Part shown: positions 19,838 to 30,555 of the stretch, piece after piece
Layout: every line of letters begins with the position of its first letter
Numbering within the stretch: position 1 is the first letter of the stretch
From: Nitrosopumilus sp.
GTDB lineage: Archaea; Thermoproteota; Nitrososphaeria; Nitrososphaerales; Nitrosopumilaceae
Length of the DNA stretch: 64,000 nucleotides
Assembly (NCBI GenBank): GCA_965206745.1
Contig: OZ242220.1
Coordinates: 1,440,001-1,504,000 of the forward strand
Direction of reading: 5' to 3'
Made by a program: the position numbers and the translations under genes
The notes under the pieces: model-generated
Seen by the model: the letters and a program-made list of their open reading frames with translations, nothing else
The model's database searches: none
What the model was told of the DNA's origin: nothing

Positions 19838-21311
19838 GGCCCAGACTAATCACAGGTGTTGCAAACTCTACAAACTTTATCAGCGGTTCTGGATACACGC
19901 CGAATCCCACCAGGAATATAGTTGAGAATATCATCACTGCAATAATTGATCTTGGTTCTGCAACCCTCTTTTCAGTCTCGCCCTCAAAGTACATCTTTCT
20001 TGTAATCCATCCATAGTATGCAAGGGATAGTGCGCTGTTGAGCACACCTGCAATTGCAAGCCACGGCGCCCACCACAATGTAGAGGTCGCATCCAAGGCG
20101 CTGCCAAATAGCATCAGCTTGCTCCAAAAGCCCGAAAGTGGCGGGACTCCTGCCAGTGCAAACAGCGCAATGACTAGGCCCAGTGCGGTGATTGGCATTC
20201 GCCTGCCAAGGCCCTTTAATTTGTCAATATGAGTGACTGCCAGGGTGGTTACAATGCCTGCTATTGCAATAAATGCCGCACCCTTCATCACTGCATGGTT
20301 CATTATCTGGTACATGGATCCCTGCAGTCCAAGCGAGCTGTGCGGTGCCATTGCAAGTCCAATCAGAATGTATCCGGCATGGGCGATACTCGAGTATGCC
20401 AGCATCCTTGAGATGCTCTTTTGCATGATTGCAGCAACGTTTCCAATGGTCATAGTCATCACTGCAAGTATTCCCAAGGCCAGTGTCCAGTCAAGGTTCA
20501 GGACCACCATGCCCAGTACGATAATCCTAATTGATGCGGCAAACCCTGCCTTCTTTGTGGCAGCAGCCAGCAGTGCAGTAATTGTCGGTGGTGCGCCCTC
20601 GTAGGTGTCAGGCAGCCACTGATGGAACGGTACAAGCCCCATCTTGAATCCAAATCCTGCAATAAACATCCCGACTGAAAGCAGTGCAAGCGGCAGCAGG
20701 GACGGATCAAGTGTCATGTAGCCCTGAATCACATCCCCGATGTTAGTAGAGCCGGTTAGTCCGTAGGCAATTGAGATTCCGTAAACTATGATTGCAGATG
20801 AGAGTGCGCCAAAGAGAAAGTACTTTAGAGCCGCCTCATTTGAGCTCGGGTTCTTTTTCATGTATCCTACCAGTATGTATGTCGGAATGCTCATCAGCTC
20901 CCATGCGACAAACAGCATTATCAGATCAGTCGAGTATGCAACCAGGACCATGCCGATGGTGGCAAGCAGAATCAGTGAATAGTATACAGCAGGAGAGTTG
21001 TGCTTTCGCATGTAATTGAATGACCCGACTGTCGTAAAGATAGCAACAATCAGCATTGCAATTGCAAAGAATCCTCCAAACGCGTCATCTACTAGCACGT
21101 CCTCAGAAAATAGTGCAGACGGTACTACATTCTCGCTGATAAACTGGTATCCCACATAGCCCATAGATACGATTAGTGCGGCAAATGCAATGACGGCATA
21201 AAACGAGTTTGAGCCCTGCTCCTTTCTCACAATACTGATTATCGGAAGAAGGATTCCGACGGTTCCCAGAATCGCGATTAGTACCAAGGGGGTTGAGGTA
21301 ATCTCTATCAT
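19827..21311 (-). CDS. nuoN: NADH-quinone oxidoreductase subunit N
   Basis: EAALKYF, FKMGLVPFHQWLPDTYEGAP, RMLAYSSIAHAGY. Confidence 0.95.
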   Translation of the reverse strand: MIEITSTPLVLIAILGTVGILLPIISIVRKEQGSNSFYAVIAFAALIVSMGYVGYQFISENVVPSALFSEDVLVDDAFGGFFAIAMLIVAIFTTVGSFNYMRKHNSPAVYYSLILLATIGMVLVAYSTDLIMLFVAWELMSIPTYILVGYMKKNPSSNEAALKYFLFGALSSAIIVYGISIAYGLTGSTNIGDVIQGYMTLDPSLLPLALLSVGMFIAGFGFKMGLVPFHQWLPDTYEGAPPTITALLAAATKKAGFAASIRIIVLGMVVLNLDWTLALGILAVMTMTIGNVAAIMQKSISRMLAYSSIAHAGYILIGLAMAPHSSLGLQGSMYQIMNHAVMKGAAFIAIAGIVTTLAVTHIDKLKGLGRRMPITALGLVIALFALAGVPPLSGFWSKLMLFGSALDATSTLWWAPWLAIAGVLNSALSLAYYGWITRKMYFEGETEKRVAEPRSIIAVMIFSTIFLVGFGVYPEPLIKFVEFATPVISLGLMP

Positions 21312-21324
21312 TTCATCATATCTC

Positions 21325-23403
21325 CTAAATCAGCAGTATCAGGACTACAAACAACAGTCCTGCTCCAAATACGAATAGGTATGACTGGGATACGCCTGTC
21401 TGGGTTCCTTGAACAACCTTGGCACTCCATCCCACTGCCTTTTGTACTCCAGCATTCATACCGTAATCGATAGCGGTCTTTTCAAAGTATCGGAACACGC
21501 CCCTTGCAAGCCACAGCGGGGCCACGACAAAGCACCAGTAGACCAGGGCGTTTAGATACCATCTGTTTAAGAAGAATTTGTGAATTGCGTAAAAGACGAT
21601 ATTAGAGTTCACAAACCTGACAGGATCAACCCATCGTCCGATGTAAAAGATAAAGCCCAGTCCGATGCCTGTGGCAAATGCGACCAGTGATGCGCCAAGG
21701 GCAACAGGGTTTAGTCCCTGCAAAAATTCAGGCAGAACCGATGCCTCATATGCTACATGTTCTGTGTGAATGCCAAAGTAATCCTCAAGGTAGTCAGTGA
21801 ATAGATGGTGCAGTCCCTCCTCAGTGGAGAGTCCCATAATACCAATGCCGATTGTAAGCACTGCAAGGATTCCGTATGGAACCCACATGGATACGGATGC
21901 CTCATGGATGTGGTGCCCTTCCTCCTCCATCTTTTGTATGTGCTTGCTCTTTTCTCCAAAGAAGACCATTCCAATCATTCTCGTTGTGTAAAATGCCGTA
22001 ATTACGGCAGTCAAAACGGCGATGATGAACAGTGGTAGCGCCCACTCGTTTCCGGACTCGTAGACTGCGGCAAAGATTGCATCCTTGCTCCAGAAACCAG
22101 TTGTGATAAATGGCGCGCCCATCAAGCCAAGACCTGCAGCCCACATAAACGCGTAGGTCTTTTTCATCTGTTTTCTCAGACCGCCCATGTCAGTCATGAA
22201 CCTAGAGCCGACAATGTGGAGTAGCGAGCCTGCTGCCATAAACAACGATGCCTTGAACATGGCATGTGAAATCAGGTGGAAGAATCCCGCAGTATAACCA
22301 TCAACGTACTGGTGAGACAGTCCTGCAACACCGAGTGCCATCATCATGTAGCCAATCTGCGAGCCAGTAGAGTATGCAAGGACCTTTTTGATCTCAGGAT
22401 TGACCATTCCCTGCGTCGCAAGGAGCAGTGCAGTGACTGCACCAACCCATGCTATAATCTCAAAGAACTGATCACCCATGATTCCGGCAGCACTCAGTGC
22501 AAAGACTATCGGGCCTATCCTTGCAACCAGGAACACGCCTGCCTTTACCATTGTCGCAGCATGAATCAGTGCAGATACGGCAGTGGGGCCAGTCATTGCC
22601 TCAAGCAGCCACTCATTTAGTGGGAACTGGGCTGACTTTCCTATGGCACCGCCAAACAGCAGGACAAATGCTGGAACCAGCAACCCCTGGGCAGCCATTG
22701 TAGTTGCCCAGTCAGTGGACTCTACCAGCTCCCGGAATCCAAACGTGCCGGCAAACAAGAATATCAAAAGCATGCCTGCAATCATCATCACATCACCGAC
22801 CTTGGTCATGATGAATGCCTTCATTCCGGCATGCGTTGGCGCATAATAGTCCAGCATCCCAAGAACGGTTCGTCCTTGAACACCGACATGATCCTTCTTT
22901 TTATCACGATACCAAAAGCTGATCAGGGCATACGATGCAAGTCCGACCCCCTCCCATCCAAAGAAGACCTGTAGCAGGTTGTCAGAGAGTACGATTAACT
23001 GCATCGAGCCGATAAAGAACAGCATCCAGAACCAGAACCTCGTAATGTCCTTGTCGCCTTTCATGTAGCCGGTGCTGTAAATCATGATCAGAAATGAGAT
23101 CCATGCAACGACATTTGCCATGATTATCGAGAGGGGATCTGCAAGTACGCCTGCCTTGATTCCTATTGCCTCTATCCACATTATCTGATCATGTATCTCG
23201 TGTCCCTCCAGTGCCATCGGCAGCATTGATGCTGCAGAGAGGGCACTCATTAACGCAAATCCTACTGCAACAAAGCCAGTTGCATTCTTTGATAGTTTTC
23301 CGACTCCGGGCAGAATCAATGCTGCAACAAACGGCAGAATCCAGACCAGCCAGGCGCTTGCCGCACCGACTTCAAATGGCAGTCCCAAGATTTCAGTGGC
23401 CAT
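21325..23403 (-). CDS. nuoL: NADH-quinone oxidoreductase subunit L
   Basis: GKSAQFPL.EWL..AMTGPTAVSALIHAATMVKAG. Confidence 0.95.
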   Translation of the reverse strand: MATEILGLPFEVGAASAWLVWILPFVAALILPGVGKLSKNATGFVAVGFALMSALSAASMLPMALEGHEIHDQIMWIEAIGIKAGVLADPLSIIMANVVAWISFLIMIYSTGYMKGDKDITRFWFWMLFFIGSMQLIVLSDNLLQVFFGWEGVGLASYALISFWYRDKKKDHVGVQGRTVLGMLDYYAPTHAGMKAFIMTKVGDVMMIAGMLLIFLFAGTFGFRELVESTDWATTMAAQGLLVPAFVLLFGGAIGKSAQFPLNEWLLEAMTGPTAVSALIHAATMVKAGVFLVARIGPIVFALSAAGIMGDQFFEIIAWVGAVTALLLATQGMVNPEIKKVLAYSTGSQIGYMMMALGVAGLSHQYVDGYTAGFFHLISHAMFKASLFMAAGSLLHIVGSRFMTDMGGLRKQMKKTYAFMWAAGLGLMGAPFITTGFWSKDAIFAAVYESGNEWALPLFIIAVLTAVITAFYTTRMIGMVFFGEKSKHIQKMEEEGHHIHEASVSMWVPYGILAVLTIGIGIMGLSTEEGLHHLFTDYLEDYFGIHTEHVAYEASVLPEFLQGLNPVALGASLVAFATGIGLGFIFYIGRWVDPVRFVNSNIVFYAIHKFFLNRWYLNALVYWCFVVAPLWLARGVFRYFEKTAIDYGMNAGVQKAVGWSAKVVQGTQTGVSQSYLFVFGAGLLFVVLILLI

Positions 23404-23406
23404 TAT

Positions 23407-24960
23407 CTAGACTCCCAGCACCCCGCCCATGTACGGAATAATCGTCTTTAGGAAGATATCCGGATAGATTCCAACTACAATTGAGAATCCTGCCAGGACC
23501 ATCATCGGTACTGTCATGTACCAGCTTCCCTCCTTTACATTTGCAAGATGCTCCGGAATCTTTCCAAAGAATATGCGCTTTAGCATCCAGAGCATGTACG
23601 ACATTGTCAGTACGGTTGCAACAAGACCCAGGCCAAAGGTTACTGCCCTCAAAGTCGAGCCCTCTTCAATGGCAGTCTCTAATGCGCCGTAAAACAGAAT
23701 CCACTCTCCCATAAAACCACTTGTTGGGGGGATTCCCATTATTGTTAATGCGCCAATTACCGCACATACTGCAGTGATTGGCATCTTTCCTGCCAGACCT
23801 CCCAGTTTTGAGATGCTCCGGGTTCCGACCTTGACAATGATGATTCCTGCCATCATAAAGAGAATGCCCTTTCCGATTCCGTGCGTCACGTACATCATCT
23901 CTGCGCCGGAAAGACCAAGTACGGAGATTGAACCGATTCCAAACAGGATATAGCCCATCTGGCTGATACTGGAGTACGCAAGCAGACGTTTCAGATCATC
24001 TTGCATCAGGGCCATGGCGCCGCCGTAAATCATGGTGACAAGGCCCCAGATGTGGAACCATATTGAGAGCTCTGCAAATGTCAGCGGCATAAATTCCACA
24101 ATCAGTCTGAACAGGCCATAAGCTCCAATGCCGATCATTGCAGGGGACAGCAGCGCACTGATTGGGGTGGGCGCTGAGCCGTGCACATACGGAAGCCAGA
24201 TATGGAACATGAACACTGCCAGCTTGACGCCGAGTCCTATTGTGATTGCAACAGCAGAATACATTGCAATGTCTGCGGGAATCGCAGATTCCTTAATGTC
24301 TGCAAAGTCAAAGCTGCCAATGGTCAGGCCGATCATCAGGAACCCCAGCAGCAAGACTACGGCACCTGCGTGGGTCCAGAACAAGAACATTAGTCCAATC
24401 TTTCTTCTCGGACCATCACCCCAGAGGGCAACCAAAAAGAATCCCGGAATCAGCATCACCTCAAAGAAGATGTAAAACTCGATCAGGTTTGTGGAGAGGA
24501 CTGTCCCAAGCATGCCCATTGCAAAGACAAGGTACAGTGCAAAGTAGAGGCCTGACTTTGCATTCACATAGCTTGAAAGGGATGATGACTCGACAACGGA
24601 GGTTTGTCCGCTGCCAGACGTGTTGAGGTTCCTCTCCTCTTGGAACTGCTCGTGGAACTTGTGAACCATGTATGGCTTGGAATAGATTGCCAGGATTGTA
24701 GAGAGTACATATATGATGATTGCAAACGGCGATGCCAGTCCGTCGAGCATAAAGCCAAACTCCCCGAACTGCTCTGTCCACGGATAGTGCTCCTCCACGG
24801 TTCCAGACAGTGCCGCATTGATCACAAGGATTGTAGTGTATAGTAAGATTGCAAAGGTGAACCACATTGCAGGTGTCGGGCCTGCCTTTCTTCCAATGAT
24901 GTATGCAACAGGAGATAAGAGTAAGGGCAGGAAGACGGCCTGTAGTAACGCATACTCCAT
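23407..24960 (-). CDS. nuoM: NADH-quinone oxidoreductase subunit M
   Basis: FYIFFEVMLIP, HIWLPYVHGSAPTP, LLAYSSISQMG. Confidence 0.95.
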   Translation of the reverse strand: MEYALLQAVFLPLLLSPVAYIIGRKAGPTPAMWFTFAILLYTTILVINAALSGTVEEHYPWTEQFGEFGFMLDGLASPFAIIIYVLSTILAIYSKPYMVHKFHEQFQEERNLNTSGSGQTSVVESSSLSSYVNAKSGLYFALYLVFAMGMLGTVLSTNLIEFYIFFEVMLIPGFFLVALWGDGPRRKIGLMFLFWTHAGAVVLLLGFLMIGLTIGSFDFADIKESAIPADIAMYSAVAITIGLGVKLAVFMFHIWLPYVHGSAPTPISALLSPAMIGIGAYGLFRLIVEFMPLTFAELSIWFHIWGLVTMIYGGAMALMQDDLKRLLAYSSISQMGYILFGIGSISVLGLSGAEMMYVTHGIGKGILFMMAGIIIVKVGTRSISKLGGLAGKMPITAVCAVIGALTIMGIPPTSGFMGEWILFYGALETAIEEGSTLRAVTFGLGLVATVLTMSYMLWMLKRIFFGKIPEHLANVKEGSWYMTVPMMVLAGFSIVVGIYPDIFLKTIIPYMGGVLGV

Positions 24961-25265
24961 TATCCCTTCAGGCTCCTAAAGTCTGCGATATCCACGTTCT
25001 GGTACATGCGGTAGGCCACAATTATTAGTGACAGTCCTACTGCAACCTCTGCTGCTGCAATTGCAATGGAGAACAGTGCCATGGTCTGTCCTCCTGCGTG
25101 TGGCAGAAACCTGCCAAAGGCAACAAGGTTGAGGTTTGCAGCGTTGATAATAATCTCAACTGCAAAGAGCATTCGGATAAAGTTGCGTTTGACTGCAAGG
25201 CCATAGATGCCTATGCCGAGCATGGCAACTGACACCAGGGTAAAATCAATTAGCTCGCTGGTCAT
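24960..25265 (-). CDS. nuoK: NADH-quinone oxidoreductase subunit K
   Basis: AVEIIINAANL, AAAEVAVGL; start taken at MTSEL. Confidence 0.93.
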   Translation of the reverse strand: MTSELIDFTLVSVAMLGIGIYGLAVKRNFIRMLFAVEIIINAANLNLVAFGRFLPHAGGQTMALFSIAIAAAEVAVGLSLIIVAYRMYQNVDIADFRSLKG

Positions 25266-25758
25266 TCTCCACATCCTCACGTTTGGCCAAAACTAGTGCA
25301 CCAGTCACAGAGCCTGCCAGGATCAGTCCCATCAGAATCAGTGCAGGCCAATAATATGTTACAAAGTCAGTTCCTATATCCCTAAAGTCAGCTGCAGGCT
25401 CATCAGTAGTCATCGTCTTGATTCCAGAATCCAGAAACACCGCACCTAGTGCAACCATGACAACAAGCATCAGGCCGATGCCTGCAAACTTTCGGCGCTT
25501 GTCCTCAATCTTGTTGAAGATAAGCTCCCTCTTTACCAGCATTACAGTAAAGAGAATCAGAACGGCAATAGAGCCGACATATACTGCCAGCTGGAACAAT
25601 GCGACAAACGGCGCATCAAGCAGAAAGAAGAATCCTGCAACGCCGCCCAAGGTTCCCATCAGTGCAATCGAACCGTAAATCAGTGATCGCAGCTCCAGTG
25701 CTGCAATTGCAGAACCGATTGTAATCACAGTTAGTGCAAGAAATGCCGCATCAGCCAT
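25246..25758 (-). CDS. nuoJ: NADH-quinone oxidoreductase subunit J
   Basis: QLAVYVGSIAVLILF motif; start taken at MADAA. Confidence 0.92.
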   Translation of the reverse strand: MADAAFLALTVITIGSAIAALELRSLIYGSIALMGTLGGVAGFFFLLDAPFVALFQLAVYVGSIAVLILFTVMLVKRELIFNKIEDKRRKFAGIGLMLVVMVALGAVFLDSGIKTMTTDEPAADFRDIGTDFVTYYWPALILMGLILAGSVTGALVLAKREDVENDQRAN

Positions 25759-26248
25759 GCGTTGCACCTCTGTCGGAAATCTGTATCTCGCTGTCCTGTG
25801 CAACGTATGGTTTTACCTGGAGCTGGGCAGGTGTGTAAATGAGACCCTCCTTTGAGAACGAGGAGAGCTCGTAATCGTTGGTCATGTAAAGCGCGTAAAA
25901 CGGGCATGCATCAACGCACAGGCCGCAAAAGACGCACTTTCCATAGTCAATCTGTGGCATGATTGATTTCTTGTTCTGCTTTTGCTCCTCTGGAACCTTT
26001 ACCATTGCGATGGCCTCTGCCACTCCCTCGCATGCAATTGAGCACAGCTGGCATCCGGTACAGTGATCGTGGAACAGCATGTGGCGCCCCTTGAGACCTG
26101 CAATGCCGACGCCAGTCGACGGATCAAACTGGTACCCGTCACCTACAAACTTTAGCTTCTCCTCAGGATAGCGGAGCGTGAACCGCTTTGTGGCAATGTG
26201 CTTGATGCCAGAGTTTAATGCGCGAATAATGCCAGTTGCGGTTCCCAT
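25751..26248 (-). CDS. nuoI: NADH-quinone oxidoreductase subunit I
   Basis: TLRYPEE, CTGCQLC..AC and CVFCGLCVDACP. Confidence 0.94.
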   Translation of the reverse strand: MGTATGIIRALNSGIKHIATKRFTLRYPEEKLKFVGDGYQFDPSTGVGIAGLKGRHMLFHDHCTGCQLCSIACEGVAEAIAMVKVPEEQKQNKKSIMPQIDYGKCVFCGLCVDACPFYALYMTNDYELSSFSKEGLIYTPAQLQVKPYVAQDSEIQISDRGATHG

Positions 26249-27546
26249 TATTGCAATCCTCCTGGTCCTAGCACTCCAGCGTAAAGCAGGCCAAGTGCAA
26301 TAAAGATGTTAACGAAGGCAAGCCCGATCAGCTTGGTCCATCCGAGACTCAGCAGCATGTCAATTCTGATCCTTGGGAAGACGCCCCTTGGCAGCAGGAT
26401 GAAGAATATGACGGCTACAGTCTTTAGAACAAACCAGAGCGTGCCGTTGAGCATCTCTTGTGTGAATAATGGAAGTCCAGGAATCTTTGCAGTGACGGGA
26501 CCGAGTTCTATGCCGTGCTGAAGAATTTCTGCGGGGAACGGGGGTACGACCATCGGACCGTGCCATCCGCCAAGAAAGATCACGACAAACAGGCCTGCAA
26601 ACGCATAGAGTTTCAGGTATGTTCCCAGCTGGACAAGGCCGTACATCATGCCAGACAGCTCAGTTAGCCATCCGGCTACGATCTCACTTTCTGCCTCTGG
26701 CAGATCAAATGGGATTCTCTCCAGCTCTGCAAGCATTGTGATAAAGAACACGATGGCGCCAACTGGTAGAAATACAATCCATGGAAAGCTCGACTGACTG
26801 GCTACAATCTCAGAGAGGTTGAGGGAGCCAGTAAGCATCACTGCCCCAAGCAGAGATAGAATTAACGGAATTTCAAATGAGACCATCTGGAACAAGGCCC
26901 TGATGCCGCCAATGAAGGGGAACTTGCTGTTTGCAGACCATGCAGAGAGGATTGTAATGATTGGAAAGAATCCAATCACCGCAAAGACGCCCAGCAGGCC
27001 CACATCCACGTCTGCGACCACCCAACCGGGGGCAACTGGAATGAATGCAACAAATGATGCGGCAGTTGCAACAAAGAGGACAGGCGCTGCCCAAAAGATC
27101 GGCTTGTCGGCTTTTGCCGGAATGATAATCTCCTTTGAGATCAGTTTCAAGCCATCGCCCATCAGCTGCAAGATGCCCTCAAACTTTCCACAGTAAAAGG
27201 GACCCACCCTTAGCTGCAGTTTTGCAAGCAGTTTTCTCTCCACAAAGATTGTACCTGCCGCAATTAGTGCTGCAAATCCAAATCCTGGAAATACCATCAC
27301 CCGAAAGATATCAGTAGTCATAAACGCATGAACCACAGGAAGAATTCGTGATGGGTCCGAAAGCCAGCTTAATGCAAGAAACGGTGTAAGCAGTTCGCCG
27401 TCAATTACTGGCATCTCAACTACAAACAGAATCATAAACATTGCAGGAATGCCAGTTAGAACGGCTATGAGCAGTATCCAGAATATATTATCAAACAGCG
27501 ACTTGATAAACTCACTTAGCTTGAAATTTGGTGCAATAACAGACAT
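26248..27546 (-). CDS. nuoH: NADH-quinone oxidoreductase subunit H
   Basis: ERK..A..Q.RVGP, DGLKLISKE, RIPFDLPEAESE. Confidence 0.95.
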   Translation of the reverse strand: MSVIAPNFKLSEFIKSLFDNIFWILLIAVLTGIPAMFMILFVVEMPVIDGELLTPFLALSWLSDPSRILPVVHAFMTTDIFRVMVFPGFGFAALIAAGTIFVERKLLAKLQLRVGPFYCGKFEGILQLMGDGLKLISKEIIIPAKADKPIFWAAPVLFVATAASFVAFIPVAPGWVVADVDVGLLGVFAVIGFFPIITILSAWSANSKFPFIGGIRALFQMVSFEIPLILSLLGAVMLTGSLNLSEIVASQSSFPWIVFLPVGAIVFFITMLAELERIPFDLPEAESEIVAGWLTELSGMMYGLVQLGTYLKLYAFAGLFVVIFLGGWHGPMVVPPFPAEILQHGIELGPVTAKIPGLPLFTQEMLNGTLWFVLKTVAVIFFILLPRGVFPRIRIDMLLSLGWTKLIGLAFVNIFIALGLLYAGVLGPGGLQ

Positions 27547-28683
27547 TTATCGGTCTGCCTCCACTGGCCAATAATTCAGACTCCAGTAAACTGACGGCAT
27601 GTTGCCTAGCTTCTCGCCCTTGAGAAGATTTGGCAGTGCAATGAGGTTTCTAAAGGAAGGCACGCTCAGCTTTACCCTGTAGGGCTCTGCCTTTCCGTCA
27701 GATACAATGTAGCAGCCAAGTGAGCCCCTGCCGGACTCTACGCGCTTGTACACAGAGTCAAGTCCCTTGCCCTTTGGATTTGGCTTTAGCTTGACGCGTA
27801 CAGAGCCGGACTTTGGCATCTTTTGCAGAGCCTGCCTGATAATGTTGCAGCTCTCCAGCATGTCAAGCCACGGGATCTTGGACCTTGCATAGGAATCCCC
27901 CTCCTTCATCACATTGGTATGGACGTCTAGTTCGTCATAGACATCGTACGGTTCCTTTACCCGGAGGTCATAGTCCACGCCACTTGCGCGGAGCACCGAG
28001 CCTGTCGTGCCGTATCGTATGGCTTCCTGTCTTGAGAGTACGCCAGTGTCCCGGGTTCTTGAGATTAGGATGGGGTTGTCATAGAATACTGCGGCATACT
28101 CTTTGATGCGTTTCTCAAAATAGTTTACCTGCCGCAAGCAGACCTCCTCAAAGTTTGGTGGAAGATCGTTTCGGACTCCGCCTGGAACAAAGTGCGCGTG
28201 CGTCACCCTGGCACCAGTCATCTTCTCCATCAGGTCAATTAGGAGCTCACGGTCTCCTGCAGGCCACATGAACATTGTAGAGTGACCCAAAAAGATCCCA
28301 TAAATTGCAAGCCAGTACATGATGTAGATACAGCGGTTCAGCTCTGATGCGATTACCCGGACATACTTTGCGCGTTCTGGAACCTCAATTCCAAGCAGCT
28401 CCTCTGCCCCCAGGACATAGGGGTAAAGCACGTTGCAAGAGTCATGAATTACTGGCCGTTCCAAGTGGGGAATGTTTAGAATGTAATTTCTGTACTCTGC
28501 CATCTTTTCCTCGCCGCGATGAACGTATCCAGGATCCGGATCACATCCGACGATATAGTCGCCGTCAATCTGCACGATGATTCTCATATGGCCCGAACCA
28601 GGATGCTGCGGCCCCACATTGAGAGTCATTATTCTCTCGTCAACTTTTTGGAGTGCCAATCCGGGCGGTAGTTCTGGTCTCAT
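27547..28683 (-). CDS. nuoD: NADH-quinone oxidoreductase subunit D
   Basis: NVGPQHP, GYVHRGEEK, GSVLRASGVDYDLR. Confidence 0.95.
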   Translation of the reverse strand: MRPELPPGLALQKVDERIMTLNVGPQHPGSGHMRIIVQIDGDYIVGCDPDPGYVHRGEEKMAEYRNYILNIPHLERPVIHDSCNVLYPYVLGAEELLGIEVPERAKYVRVIASELNRCIYIMYWLAIYGIFLGHSTMFMWPAGDRELLIDLMEKMTGARVTHAHFVPGGVRNDLPPNFEEVCLRQVNYFEKRIKEYAAVFYDNPILISRTRDTGVLSRQEAIRYGTTGSVLRASGVDYDLRVKEPYDVYDELDVHTNVMKEGDSYARSKIPWLDMLESCNIIRQALQKMPKSGSVRVKLKPNPKGKGLDSVYKRVESGRGSLGCYIVSDGKAEPYRVKLSVPSFRNLIALPNLLKGEKLGNMPSVYWSLNYWPVEADR

Positions 28684-28685
28684 CT

Positions 28686-29276
28686 CTATCTACCTTTTAT
28701 TGCAAAGTCCTTTCTAAGCGGCGGCAGGTCTGCCCAGTCCTCTGGCAAAAGCAGTCGTCTGTTATCAGGGTGTCCCTCAAAGTAAACTCCGAGCATCTCA
28801 AATATCTCCCTCTCGTGAAACTCTACACTGTAAAACACGTCCCTAAGAGTAGGAAGACGGGTCGCATCATTTCCGGGAATCGGGTTTGTCTCCCTCTGTG
28901 CCCGAGTGGCCAAGACCAGTATCTGCCTTGCCAGTGAGGAGTCAGTGTATGACCCTATATGGTAGACGACCTCAATCTCGTTGTCTGCAGGATAGTCCAC
29001 CCCAGATACTGACTCGACATGATCATAGTTTAATTCGTCACGGATAAACTGGGCAACATCGTGAACATCCTTGCTGCCAACGTTAATTCTAACTCTGTCC
29101 TCTTTTACAAATCCGACTTTGACCTTGTCTCCAAACTCTGCAACGATCTTGTCTGAGATGCCCTTCTCAAATGCCGGCAATTCAACTGGTGCCGGTTTTG
29201 GCTTTTCTGCAGGTTTTGGCGGTGCCACTTTGGGTTTGGCATCTGCTGGGGGATTTTCAGTTTCAGCACTCATCAT
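28686..29276 (-). CDS. nuoC: NADH-quinone oxidoreductase subunit C
   Basis: EREIFEMLG..FEGHP...RLLLPEDW...PLRKDF. Confidence 0.94.
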   Translation of the reverse strand: MMSAETENPPADAKPKVAPPKPAEKPKPAPVELPAFEKGISDKIVAEFGDKVKVGFVKEDRVRINVGSKDVHDVAQFIRDELNYDHVESVSGVDYPADNEIEVVYHIGSYTDSSLARQILVLATRAQRETNPIPGNDATRLPTLRDVFYSVEFHEREIFEMLGVYFEGHPDNRRLLLPEDWADLPPLRKDFAIKGR

Positions 29277-29797
29277 ACAAACTTCCTAGCCTTCATTCTC
29301 TTGATTTTTTCTTGCAACAGCATGCAGCCTTGTATGAGGGTTTCAGGTCTAGGCGGACAACCTGGAACGTACACATCAACTGGAATGACTCCGTCGATTC
29401 CCGGAAGTACATTGTAAGAGTCAAAATACAGGCCGCCGGTAATGGCACACGCCCCCATGGCAATCACATACTTTGGCTCCGGCATTTGATCATAAACCAA
29501 CCTTAGACGCGGTGCCATCTTTCTTGTGATGGTTCCCTGCACGACTACAAGATCACACTGTCTGAGTGATCCAAATGCCTCGATGATGCCAAATCTTTCA
29601 ACATCATATTTCGGACTAGATGCTGCGCCAAACTCCACACTGCAGCAAGCTGTTTCAATGTGGACAGGCCAGAGCGACCAAATTCTGCCCCAATTAATGG
29701 CATAGCCCAAGGGCTTGTCAATTGCCTTCTCCAAAATGTCCCCGAGCTTGCCGATGAAGACGTTTGCGTTTTCTGGCGTCATTAAATCTTTAAGCAA
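29273..29797 (-). CDS. nuoB: NADH-quinone oxidoreductase subunit B
   Basis: TACCSVE, MPEPKYVIAMGAC, YVPGCPPRPE. Confidence 0.95.
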   Translation of the reverse strand: MLKDLMTPENANVFIGKLGDILEKAIDKPLGYAINWGRIWSLWPVHIETACCSVEFGAASSPKYDVERFGIIEAFGSLRQCDLVVVQGTITRKMAPRLRLVYDQMPEPKYVIAMGACAITGGLYFDSYNVLPGIDGVIPVDVYVPGCPPRPETLIQGCMLLQEKIKRMKARKFV

Positions 29798-29837
29798 TAT
29801 TATCCCCTACCCTCATAAATCCGATTTATATAAAAAA

Positions 29838-30212
29838 CTACCATATCCTTCTTCTCCCTGACTGATACAAGGCAAATGCCATTGCCCCAAACATGATGGC
29901 CAAAAAGCCCATCATTGGCAGAGTCGCCATCTTTGGAATCTCCAAGAGGGCCGTCCCCCATGCATACAAGAAGATTGCCATCACGTCAAATACTACAAAC
30001 ATCAGGATGTACGGGTAATACTGCATCATAAAATGGGTTCTTCCCTCACCTGTTGGAACCTGTCCGCACTCCATTGGCAGAAACTTTACAGGATTGCTTC
30101 TTTTTCGCGGGGAGATCATCCTAGAGATAATCAAGGCTGGAGCCATGGCTACTACGGCAAAGCCAAACATCAATACAACGGTGCTGTAATTGCCCGCTAA
30201 TTCCCCGACCAA
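29838..30212 (-). CDS. nuoA: NADH-quinone oxidoreductase subunit A
   Basis: K..PMECG, QYY..ILMFVVFDV. Confidence 0.93.
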   Translation of the reverse strand: MVGELAGNYSTVVLMFGFAVVAMAPALIISRMISPRKRSNPVKFLPMECGQVPTGEGRTHFMMQYYPYILMFVVFDVMAIFLYAWGTALLEIPKMATLPMMGFLAIMFGAMAFALYQSGRRRIW

Positions 30213-30555
30213 TTTAGCTTTTCACCCTAATTTTTGTATATAATTCAATCGTTTTAGGCACATTTTCGATAGATAATAGTAGATATTTGTAAAATATCTA
30301 CCTTTTAATCAAAAACAGGGATCAGAAATTTTGGCAAGATAATACACACAAAGGCAGTCAATACGCAAAAAATATCCCAATCAGCAATTGGAATGATAAA
30401 ATTAATTTTGGTGACTCTCGACTTGCTTCTCCCAGCCGATCCAAATAGGCATCATCGGTTCAGCCAAGATCCTCTTGATTGCTCAAGAGACTTTACCCAC
30501 CTGATTATAATATCAAATATTCATATTTAAAAGTACACAGGACCATTTTAATCAG

